Source of the DNA: Cenarchaeum sp.
GTDB lineage: Archaea > Thermoproteota > Nitrososphaeria > Nitrososphaerales > Nitrosopumilaceae
Direction: 5' to 3'
DNA: 64,000 nt
Assembly (NCBI GenBank): GCA_965212015.1
Contig: OZ243037.1
Coordinates: 960,001-1,024,000 of the forward strand
Under the pieces are notes generated by a model. It was given only the letters and a program-made list of their open reading frames with translations. It was not told the DNA's origin and did no database searches. The translations under genes were made by a program, and so were the position numbers. This document shows positions 39,129 to 47,557 of this stretch, piece after piece. How positions within the stretch are numbered: position 1 is the stretch's first letter; every line of letters begins with the position of its first letter.

Positions 39129-42100
39129 TCACTGCCGTCCGTCATGCGAAGTGACGTACGCCCTGCCATACACGGAATCACGCAGCTCCTCCATCTGAAT
39201 AATGTGCGCGTCGCGCTTTTGGGCAAAGGCGTCGCACGCACGATTGTCCTCGTCGGTACACGCACTCGACATGTCGACTGGCGGCGCATCCACGTACGAC
39301 CACGTGCCAAACGCGTTCTTTGTCCACTGGTGTCCCAGCTGGTCGGTCCACACGTCTGCAAGCTTGTCGGTCCGAGTCAGGTGCAGCTTTACTGCGTCGC
39401 CCTGGTTTGAGTGCCTCTCGCTGAGCTCGTGCGTGGGGGGCACGTTTAGCGAGTCGCCAAACACCAGCAGCCCCTCGTTCATATAGTGGGTGGTGCCGCG
39501 CCTCTTTGAGTCCAGCGCGTTTATTGCAAACGGCTCGTCGTACAGCGTCTCGCGGAACAGTACGCCATCTATGTTCAGCCGCACGCACAGGTTGTTTTCG
39601 TCTGTAGGCAGGCATTTTACGCGCGATATCTCAAATGTGGCGTCCTCGCCTATCACGCGATTCTCGTTTGAATATTCCACAGAGTCTATCATGTACGTGG
39701 AGTTTATGGAATAGTCGCGTATCAGGTTTACGTTAATCTGCGCCTCTGCAGCATTCAGGGGCGAGCCTATTCCGGGCATGCCAAAGCCGATGTTAAACGA
39801 GCGCAGGCCGTTTTGTGCGTACGCCGTTAGCGCAAAGTCGTGAAGCGAGTCGGTCTCTATGGTATTGCGTTTGTAATCGACGTGATAGTCAGTTACGTCG
39901 CGGCAGACATTGTCCATGGAATAGCCGCAGTCCACTATTTTTTGGCCAGTCGTGTACGACTTGCCAAACGTCGGCTTTGTCCTCCACTGCGTGTCGTCAT
40001 CGCCTCCTCCCGAGCACGGTTCAAAGACAATGGTGGTAACCGTGACGGGCATGCTGCCGTCCTCGCCGGTGGTAGTGGTAGTTATGGTAAGCATCTGATC
40101 TGCCAGATCACTGCAGGCATAGTCCTCATCGGCAGTCGAGACAAGCATCGCCGTTCGTACGCCCTCCACATCAACAAACATCAAATCGAATAGGGCGTTA
40201 CCGTCACCGTCATCACCGGCGCCGGTAAGTTCCGGCTCGTACGTCACTGCGGTAAAGGTGGCATTATCCGGGGCACCCAGACTGCTTGCCGGGATGCTAA
40301 AGCCATCAGCTGTAGTCGCATCCAGCGTGATTACATCAGAGACCCGGATGTAGAGCGTGCCCAGAAATTCAGTGGTGGATACGCCGGGGCGCAGAAGAGC
40401 AGTATATTCAATGGTATAGTCTTCAGTCGCACCGGTGGGCGGCACCAGGTCAAGCGGTATGGTGCCGGACAGCCTCAGGTCGGAAGGATTCCGGTTTATG
40501 ATATTTCCGTGGCTCAGCCCGAGGGTCGCTAGCATCTCTTCGGCCACTTCGTCCAATACGAGGTCATAATTGACATTATCGGGCGTTATTGGAAACTGTA
40601 TGTCCACAGTGTCGCCGGGCGAATATACTGCTGAAAAGTTGCCGACAGTCGGGGCAAACGTCGTAAGGGTATAGAGGTTTGTGGCCCTTGCAACTACATC
40701 GCCTGCCTGTGCTGCCATTCCGTCCCTGGGACCGCCTATGGCAAGATCGCCCGGATTCATCGTGACGGAGCCTGACGTGGCGCGCAGCTCTGCTATAAAG
40801 TTCCATGTTTGGTTGCCTACAAAGTTCCTAGAGGGAATCGCCTCATCAGTGCCAGTTAAATCACCTTCAACACGGTAAAGGCCCATCAGATCGTTCTCAC
40901 GGTTGCCGCTACCGGGATTATGATGGGGGAATCCGGGCGGTGAGGGCAGCTGGTCACCCGGGAAAAAGAACTCTTCCCCGTTTGGAGCATCAATGGTTAT
41001 ACTGTCAAAAAACTCTTGTGCCGAGATCACCGAATTATGGCCTATCAGCACCCTCTTTGTAATGTCGGCAAACGATATGGAGGGCTGGGTGGAAGATGCA
41101 GTCGTCACTTGCAAACTCGAGAGGTGCGAGCCGTCACACACCAGATAATCGATGGTGGCCGTACCGCTGTTGCCAGTCGACGTAAAGGTCGCAAGGCCCG
41201 TATCGGAATCAATCGCAAGGGAGTCCGGAGTGATGGCGTTGCCTGCCAGGCCCGCAAAGGAGTACGTCAGGGTGTCCTCGGCATCGGTATCGCTGGTATA
41301 CAGGGAGAGATCCAGCTGTGTGGCAGTTCTGGCAAGCGGAATGTCCATGTTGTTCACGTTTGAGGGAAGGTCGTTGGGCGATCTTGCATTGTTGAATACA
41401 CTAACGGTATAGTCGCGCGAGACATCATCGGTATTATCGCTATCAAAGCCGTCATCAGATACCGTCACGGTAAACTCCACGCTGCCCTGCTCGAAGCACC
41501 TTGCGGGGGTATCCATGCTATCAAAAAGGGGCGAGTTGTCCTGCGGGACAATACCGGAGAGCTGTCCCGTGGCGGAATCTATGCTCAGCCAGCCCGGATG
41601 GTTCGAGAGGCTGTATTCCAGTACTGCGCCCGGGTCGTCATCGGATCCCGGAACCGGGGCCAATTCAGAGACGTCACTGTCCTCCGTAAAGCCAAAGTTC
41701 AGGTCCCCAAGCTCGGGAAGCGCCGTGTTTGTCGCAAACGCCAGAATGCCATTGCTGCTGCGTTCTGTAACGTATAGGATCCTAGAGTCCGAACCGAACT
41801 CCATCCCCGTTACCTGTGCGCTGGTTAGCGGCTGCCGCGCCCCCAAAAGGGTCAGATCACTCACGTCATGGGCGGTGCCGAGCGAATATGCATAGATATT
41901 GCGAAAGCTGTTGACTGCCTGCCCGCCCAGGACGTACAGTATGGAGCCGTCATCGGTGATTTCAGATCCGGTCGGGCGGCCATCGGGCAGAGGGGAACTT
42001 ACGGGAGGTGCAGAGATGCTTGTCAGGAAAAAGGGACCGCCTAGCGTGTACCCGTATATGCGGTCGTTTTCGGCGCCTACCACGTACATGTGCAGGCCGT

Positions 42101-45100
42101 CGCTTGAAAAGTCCAGTCCCTCCGGGACATTATCCGGAAGGGAGCCGGTGGCGGGAAAACTGCGGTCGGGGTCGGTGGGGGAGGACGGCATTGCATAGGG
42201 GGCATCGAGGATATACTCGTGTACGCGGTCGTTTTGGGTTCCAATTATAAACATGCGCTGGCCGTTATTTGAGAATTCCACCGCGGTGGGCGCAGTATCC
42301 GCAGAACCCACAAAGAACTCTGCGGTGAAATCATCAGACCTGCTCGATACGTCAAAGGCCGTACCGAGGTCATACTGGAGTATGCGATCATTTGCGCCGG
42401 ACTCTAGTACAAACAAGAGCGTGCCGTTACTGGAGAATGCCAGATCGGTGGGTATGGTATAGGTGCCGGAATGCGAGGTTGTGGGCGCATAGTCGATCAG
42501 TGGCGGAGTAAGTATCAGGTTGACAGAATAGTCGTTCGATGCCGTATTGCCGATGTTTATTGCGCTCTGGGCCGCACCTGCCGGAATTGATACGGTAATG
42601 ATGGCGTCGGTGGCCCCGCGAAGCACGTCAAAGTCAAACACGGTATTATCATCGGTTCTAAAGTTTGATACCACGTGAACGCCGGCGCTGCTCGATATTA
42701 TAATATCGGATGCCTCCAGTCCCGACACCGACTCGCTGAATGTGGCGTTAAACGCTGCAATGCCGTCGACTGTGGCATCCTCCTGGGTGGTGCTGCCGAT
42801 GATTACCGTGGGCGCGATGAGCTCGGGAAGGGAGAACCCAAAGACGTTATCAACAACTGTTCCGGAATTGCTAGAGCCGAGTGTAAACATGCGCTGGTTA
42901 TCAGCTGTTATGTGCAGGCCAACGAGGTTTCCGGTCTGGGGGTGAAAGGCAACAGAGTTTTCCATATACTCTACACCGGAGAGGATTGAGAACGGGGCGC
43001 CCAGCGCATACTCGTGGAATCTGGCGGCGAATCCTCCAATGACAAACATGGATGTGCCATCGGAGCGAAATGCCAGATCGTTTGGAAAAGTCAGGTTACG
43101 CGGCTCTGCATCGATCAGAACGACGGCGGCGCCGCTGGAGGATACATCAGAAAGGGAAAAGGGGACGCCCAGCGCAAACTCGTAGACGCTAATATCGGAA
43201 GTAGCGCCGCCAAGGACGAACAGCTTTGTGCCGTCAGATGAAAGGGCAAACCCGACTGTGGCCCCATCTATGCCGGTCAGCCTGTGCGAGTTTACCAGCG
43301 AGAGGGATTCCACATCATAGGGCGAATCCATGCTGTATTCATGGAGGTTGGGGGCTTCCAGCACAAACATGGTGCGTCCGTCGTTTGAGAATTCCGTATC
43401 CGACGGCACTGTAGTCCCCGGCAGTACGGCCACGGGGCCGCGCACAATGTCGCTGTTGGGGTTGCCCGTCGTGTTTGCAAAGACAAACGGCGTTCCGCTG
43501 GTGGAGTATGTGGTGATATCGCGATCATTGGCCTCTATTATGAACATGAGCGTGCCGTTCCTTGAAAAGTCCACGTTGCGCGGAACGTCACCTGCCGTCG
43601 ACCTCTCAAATGTCTGGTCAAATACGAGCGTGTTGTTCAGGGTAAGTGTCCTGACGTCATCCACTATGCGGAGTGTTACGGGTTCGACGTCCGCATTACT
43701 TGGACCGGTGGCAACGACGTTAAATTCAACGTTCCCGACGGCATCTGGCGTCCATGTGAACGCGCCGCCGGCCGTTATCGCGGCGGATGCCGGCGCGCCG
43801 TCGAGTGCAAAGCTTGCCGGCCGGCCCGATACCAGGCCGAACTGCAGCGAGATCGGCCCATCCACCACGTATTGGTGCGATATTACCGGCAGTATGATTA
43901 CGGGCGGCAGTCCGGCGGTAAATGTGGCCGTACGAATTTCGGATGCCGTATTGCTCTGTGGAGAGTCGTCCACATCCATGGCGATGCCCTCCGGAATGCT
44001 CACATTTATTGTGCCGTCCGTGCCGTTGCGCTGCACATCAAAGGCGAATGTGGCTGCCTGGCCGGTGGCGGGCGAAAAATTCGACGCCCTGTGGGTGCCG
44101 GCAGGCGCGGTGCTATCCACGGTAATCTCGTCTATGAAAAATTGCGACACGGGCTCGCTGAACTCGGCCATAAACCGTATGGTCTCCAGGTTGGTGGTCC
44201 CCTCGTGTTCCACATCGGTACTAGTTACGTTCACGGTGGGCCGGATGCCAAATGAAATCAGGTACGGGATGGCTGGCGCCACATTGGCGGTGCCTTGCAG
44301 ATCCATAAACGTACCGGCGGCAATGAATATGCTCAGGGTCTCCTCGGTGTCCCGGATGCCTATCTGAAAGCTGTATATGAGATCGGTTCTCCGGGTAAGG
44401 TTCTCCGGCACATAGCCCTCGCTGGAGCCGCCAAGGAAGGTAATGTCATCTAGTGTAAACGTGCTCTCCATTATGGGCTCGCTGAATGTGGCGTTAAAAT
44501 TGGCCACATCCAAGAGCGTTTCGCCGAGATCCGGCACGTCGGTGCTGGTGATTGTGACTGTGGGCGGGCCATCCGGCGCGGTAAAAGTGGCGGTATAAAC
44601 TTCGGATGCCGCATTGCCGTGTGGAAGGTGATCCACATCAATGGCGGCGCCCTCCGGAATGCTCACATTTATTGTGCCGCCCGCGTCGTTGCGCTGCACA
44701 TCAAAGGTGAATATGGTTGCCGGGCCGGTGGCGGGCAAAAGATTCGACGCCCTGTGGGTGCCGGCAGACGCGGTGCTATCCACGATAATCTCGCTTGCAA
44801 GAAACTGCGACACGGGCTCGCTGAACTCGGCCATAAACCGTATGGTCTCCAGGTTGGCGGTCCCCTCGTGTTCCACATCATCACTGGTTACGTTCACGGT
44901 GGGTATGCTGACAAATGTAAAGGAGTACGGGGCAGTTGACGCATCATTGGCGTTGCCTTGCAGATCCGTGAACGTATCGGCGAGAATGCGTATGGCCAAG
45001 GTAGCTTCGGTGTCTTCGCTGTCTATCTGAAAGCTGTATACGAAGTCGTTTACCCGGGCAACGTTCGTTGCCATATGGACTCCGGGGGGGCCGACGAAGG

Positions 45101-46358
45101 TAATGTCATCTTCTGTAAACGTGCTTTCGTCTATGCGCTCGTTGAATGTGGCGTTAAAATTGGCCACATCCGAGGTCGCATCGCCGAGATCCGGCACGAC
45201 GGTGCTGGAGATTGTGACTGTGGGCGGGGTGTTATCCACTTGGGAAAAAGCGGTGGTAAATGGAATTGCCGCAGAGTTGAAGTTATTCTGACCCACACTA
45301 CGCGCCCTGTCTACGGGAATCGACACGGTCAGATCACCGATGGAGGATCCAATACCGACGACAAACGTGTACCGGGAGGGGTTGACTTGCATAAAGCTCG
45401 ATACTTGGGGATCGCCGCCGTTTACGGTACCTGACAGTTCGATCCCCGTTGCGTTAAATCCCGTTACAGGCTCGTTGAATCGGACGTCAAATGTTATGGA
45501 TGATGCGGGCGTGAATGTGCCGTTTGCCAGAGGCGAACCGTCATTGGCCGTGATTGTCGGGATGGTGGGCAGCGTAAAGGCGGCGCGGAGCGGATACTGG
45601 AGGACGGTGTCGGTAGTCGAGGAGACGATATACATGGTCCTGCCGTCAACTGAAAAGTCTATTCCGCGGTAATTAGTAGATGGTGGGGTAAAAGTGTCAA
45701 CGGCTGCACCGAGACCGTCCAGGTTAAAGGGCGGATTCAGGTTGAACTGCTCAATCGCCCTCGCACCCATCACAAACAGCCTTGTGCCGTCAGTGGAGAT
45801 TGCCACGCCGAGAGCACCACCAAACGTGCCTGGATTAAAACTGCTGTCGGCTGCACCGGCGGAGGAAACATCAAAGGGCGTTGAGAGCCGGTATCCAGAA
45901 ATACTACCCCCTCCAATAAACACCCAATCGCCGTTAGCAGAGAATGTAGCACCTAGTCCGCCGCTGATGCAGCAGCCGACGTTTTCGAGTGGAGTGTATG
46001 AATTACTACCATCAATGCTGTACGGGGCAAGACTGTTTCGCCCGTTATTTAGAACATACAAGGTACTCCCGTCATTGGAGACTAGTACGTCCTGAAACTC
46101 GAATGCGTGAGAAGGGGGAAAGTTTCCGCCAGTCGTGCCGGGTACGGTGGCGCTAGCTATGTCAAAGGGGGTACTGAGCGAGAATGTAATGATACTATTG
46201 GTTCCTGAAACATACAATGTCATGCCGTCGTTGGACATGGTCAGCCCCGTGGGTATGCTTTCAGGAGGATTGACGCTGATGGATGTCTGGGCATAAGCCG
46301 AGACTGGGATCAAAACCAACAGTGGCAACAGAAAGGCTACCATCATGCTCTTTTGCAT
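39129..46358 (-). CDS. Giant secreted surface protein A (about 2409 aa): signal peptide, beta-propeller-like repeats, Ig-like and cadherin-like domains, shared C-terminal domain
   Basis: Start MQKSMMV matches paralogue; repeats like PTDLAFSSNGTLLFV...YDLGTAFDVSS and FSEPV.QF...TINVSIPEG. Confidence 0.9.
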   Translation of the reverse strand: MQKSMMVAFLLPLLVLIPVSAYAQTSISVNPPESIPTGLTMSNDGMTLYVSGTNSIITFSLSTPFDIASATVPGTTGGNFPPSHAFEFQDVLVSNDGSTLYVLNNGRNSLAPYSIDGSNSYTPLENVGCCISGGLGATFSANGDWVFIGGGSISGYRLSTPFDVSSAGAADSSFNPGTFGGALGVAISTDGTRLFVMGARAIEQFNLNPPFNLDGLGAAVDTFTPPSTNYRGIDFSVDGRTMYIVSSTTDTVLQYPLRAAFTLPTIPTITANDGSPLANGTFTPASSITFDVRFNEPVTGFNATGIELSGTVNGGDPQVSSFMQVNPSRYTFVVGIGSSIGDLTVSIPVDRARSVGQNNFNSAAIPFTTAFSQVDNTPPTVTISSTVVPDLGDATSDVANFNATFNERIDESTFTEDDITFVGPPGVHMATNVARVNDFVYSFQIDSEDTEATLAIRILADTFTDLQGNANDASTAPYSFTFVSIPTVNVTSDDVEHEGTANLETIRFMAEFSEPVSQFLASEIIVDSTASAGTHRASNLLPATGPATIFTFDVQRNDAGGTINVSIPEGAAIDVDHLPHGNAASEVYTATFTAPDGPPTVTITSTDVPDLGETLLDVANFNATFSEPIMESTFTLDDITFLGGSSEGYVPENLTRRTDLIYSFQIGIRDTEETLSIFIAAGTFMDLQGTANVAPAIPYLISFGIRPTVNVTSTDVEHEGTTNLETIRFMAEFSEPVSQFFIDEITVDSTAPAGTHRASNFSPATGQAATFAFDVQRNGTDGTINVSIPEGIAMDVDDSPQSNTASEIRTATFTAGLPPVIILPVISHQYVVDGPISLQFGLVSGRPASFALDGAPASAAITAGGAFTWTPDAVGNVEFNVVATGPSNADVEPVTLRIVDDVRTLTLNNTLVFDQTFERSTAGDVPRNVDFSRNGTLMFIIEANDRDITTYSTSGTPFVFANTTGNPNSDIVRGPVAVLPGTTVPSDTEFSNDGRTMFVLEAPNLHEYSMDSPYDVESLSLVNSHRLTGIDGATVGFALSSDGTKLFVLGGATSDISVYEFALGVPFSLSDVSSSGAAVVLIDAEPRNLTFPNDLAFRSDGTSMFVIGGFAARFHEYALGAPFSILSGVEYMENSVAFHPQTGNLVGLHITADNQRMFTLGSSNSGTVVDNVFGFSLPELIAPTVIIGSTTQEDATVDGIAAFNATFSESVSGLEASDIIISSSAGVHVVSNFRTDDNTVFDFDVLRGATDAIITVSIPAGAAQSAINIGNTASNDYSVNLILTPPLIDYAPTTSHSGTYTIPTDLAFSSNGTLLFVLESGANDRILQYDLGTAFDVSSRSDDFTAEFFVGSADTAPTAVEFSNNGQRMFIIGTQNDRVHEYILDAPYAMPSSPTDPDRSFPATGSLPDNVPEGLDFSSDGLHMYVVGAENDRIYGYTLGGPFFLTSISAPPVSSPLPDGRPTGSEITDDGSILYVLGGQAVNSFRNIYAYSLGTAHDVSDLTLLGARQPLTSAQVTGMEFGSDSRILYVTERSSNGILAFATNTALPELGDLNFGFTEDSDVSELAPVPGSDDDPGAVLEYSLSNHPGWLSIDSATGQLSGIVPQDNSPLFDSMDTPARCFEQGSVEFTVTVSDDGFDSDNTDDVSRDYTVSVFNNARSPNDLPSNVNNMDIPLARTATQLDLSLYTSDTDAEDTLTYSFAGLAGNAITPDSLAIDSDTGLATFTSTGNSGTATIDYLVCDGSHLSSLQVTTASSTQPSISFADITKRVLIGHNSVISAQEFFDSITIDAPNGEEFFFPGDQLPSPPGFPHHNPGSGNRENDLMGLYRVEGDLTGTDEAIPSRNFVGNQTWNFIAELRATSGSVTMNPGDLAIGGPRDGMAAQAGDVVARATNLYTLTTFAPTVGNFSAVYSPGDTVDIQFPITPDNVNYDLVLDEVAEEMLATLGLSHGNIINRNPSDLRLSGTIPLDLVPPTGATEDYTIEYTALLRPGVSTTEFLGTLYIRVSDVITLDATTADGFSIPASSLGAPDNATFTAVTYEPELTGAGDDGDGNALFDLMFVDVEGVRTAMLVSTADEDYACSDLADQMLTITTTTTGEDGSMPVTVTTIVFEPCSGGGDDDTQWRTKPTFGKSYTTGQKIVDCGYSMDNVCRDVTDYHVDYKRNTIETDSLHDFALTAYAQNGLRSFNIGFGMPGIGSPLNAAEAQINVNLIRDYSINSTYMIDSVEYSNENRVIGEDATFEISRVKCLPTDENNLCVRLNIDGVLFRETLYDEPFAINALDSKRRGTTHYMNEGLLVFGDSLNVPPTHELSERHSNQGDAVKLHLTRTDKLADVWTDQLGHQWTKNAFGTWSYVDAPPVDMSSACTDEDNRACDAFAQKRDAHIIQMEELRDSVYGRAYVTSHDGRQ
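39178..45230. repeat. Long direct repeat shared with 49220-54600 (offset about 10.04 kb), including an internal tandem duplication of an Ig-like pair (about 43920-45230)
   Basis: Near-identical blocks; shadow ORFs duplicate at offsets 10036-10042. Confidence 0.9.
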
Positions 46359-46392
46359 ATACAACCCCCCCCCCCAACTGCTTATAAAAGTA
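46359..46392 (-). promoter_or_regulatory. Leaderless-type promoter with G11 tract between TATA box and ATG
   Basis: Minus strand TTTTATAA-GCAGTT-G11-TTGTAT-ATG; C-run 46365-46375. Confidence 0.8.
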
Positions 46393-46408
46393 TAATCATC
46401 GGTTTTTT

Positions 46409-46468
46409 GTAACCGGTTAGGTTCAAGCGGGATATTTGGATCCGCAGGCACCGGACCTAACCGGTTAC
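46409..46468 (+). mobile_element. 60-bp MITE-like element, copy 4 (perfect TIRs)
   Basis: GTAACCGGTTAGGT...ACCTAACCGGTTAC perfect 14-bp inverted repeat; no clean TSD. Confidence 0.8.
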
Positions 46469-46521
46469 GAACCGGTTCTTGACTGCGATCATGCGGGATC
46501 AGGGTGAACATGGCGTCAGGA

Positions 46522-46788
46522 CTAGAACTTCCATTCTTCACACAGTCCGTTCCACAGGGGACGGAACACGTCCGGATCCTTTCCAATCTCCTGCGTGATG
46601 CGGTTTTTGAGCACGAATGAAAAGTTCTCCAGCGCATCAATGCCGCCGTCATTATACAGCTCTTCTCCAATCTCGGAGATCCGGGCCTTTTTTGCCTCGG
46701 CTTCCCCGGATTCCGGGTTTTGGAGGCAGAACGTCATCAGGTCGATTAGCTCCTCCTCCAGCATAAAGTCCATAAGGAATTGCGGCAT
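46522..46788 (-). CDS. Hypothetical protein
   Basis: Protein-like helical ORF, host codon usage; start may be 46773. Confidence 0.75.
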   Translation of the reverse strand: MPQFLMDFMLEEELIDLMTFCLQNPESGEAEAKKARISEIGEELYNDGGIDALENFSFVLKNRITQEIGKDPDVFRPLWNGLCEEWKF

Positions 46789-46945
46789 TTTCCGATATTT
46801 ACCGGTATCGAAGGACGCCTGTCCGGGAGTTTACACAGCAGGCCGAATACTAGCCGGACTGGCAGATAAACTAGCAGGTTCCCCGCTTTTGGATGCGCGC
46901 TTTAAGACGGGTTGGCCGGGCTTGTTAGCTTGTCTATTCGATCCA

Positions 46946-47260
46946 GGCCAGAACGTCCGGGATGCGTTCTCAGGGGCAGATGTCTTTCTCAACATGAACT
47001 TGGAGCTGCGCGAATCAATCTACAAGTTTGTCGAGCTGTTGTTTGAAAATACGCTCAAGACGCCCCACATAAGAGTCCGGAATGATGCATGCCTTTACAG
47101 TCTCGATGGCATCCTCCCCGTTATCAAGACAAGCGGGAGTCTCGATTCTCACAAAAACTGGTGATTTGATATCCGCTGGAATCAATGAGGTCCCAAAGGC
47201 TGGCAGTGGCCATTATCTGGCCGGGGACAAAAATGATGCGGCTTGTTCCATATTACATGC
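46946..47260 (+). pseudogene. Fragment of anti-phage dCTP/dCMP deaminase (AvcD-like)
   Basis: GQNVRDAF..ADVFL...FVELLF....TP, frameshift, then MMHAF.....SPLSRQAG..I....GDLIS.G.NEVPKAG; HAE/PCxxC part missing. Confidence 0.7.
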
Positions 47261-47265
47261 CGCAT

Positions 47266-47526
47266 CTACAGCCCGATGAGGTCGTCATCAGACGCCCTTG
47301 TGCAGTCTGTCCCCACCGGCCTGAGCTCAGTAAAGGTGATCTTTCCCTCCGGAATCCTTGCCATGCCCTGCAGTGCGCCGAGTTTTTCACGCACGGCCCT
47401 TTTATGCCTGCCGCAAGTCACCCCCACCATGTACTCTCCGTCGCCGGAGGCCACAGAGATGACAAACTCCGGCGGGTTGACGCACAGCTTGCCGCCTTTT
47501 TTTACGGAACACCTGTCGGGAAGCAT
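47266..47526 (-). CDS. Small Cys-containing hypothetical protein, possible Zn binding
   Basis: MLPDRC...CVNPP...VTCGRH...GTDC. Confidence 0.7.
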   Translation of the reverse strand: MLPDRCSVKKGGKLCVNPPEFVISVASGDGEYMVGVTCGRHKRAVREKLGALQGMARIPEGKITFTELRPVGTDCTRASDDDLIGL

Positions 47527-47557
47527 GAGTGACACCGGAATGATGGCGATATTAATC

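Noticed and set aside
46409-46468. 60-bp palindromes as integron attC sites (TAAC...GTTA, TTCAAG resemblance)
   Set aside because: No proper L''/L' pairing or unpaired spacer, no integrase in the window, located upstream of promoters, and 8-bp TSDs indicate transposition
14502-46468. Repeats as a CRISPR array
   Set aside because: Dispersed over kilobases, no regular spacers, no cas genes
46359-46670. N-terminal extension of giant ORF A to 46670 (2513 aa)
   Set aside because: It reads through the neighbouring gene, the MITE and the promoter; paralogue and signal peptide fix the start at 46358, so the G tract is not coding
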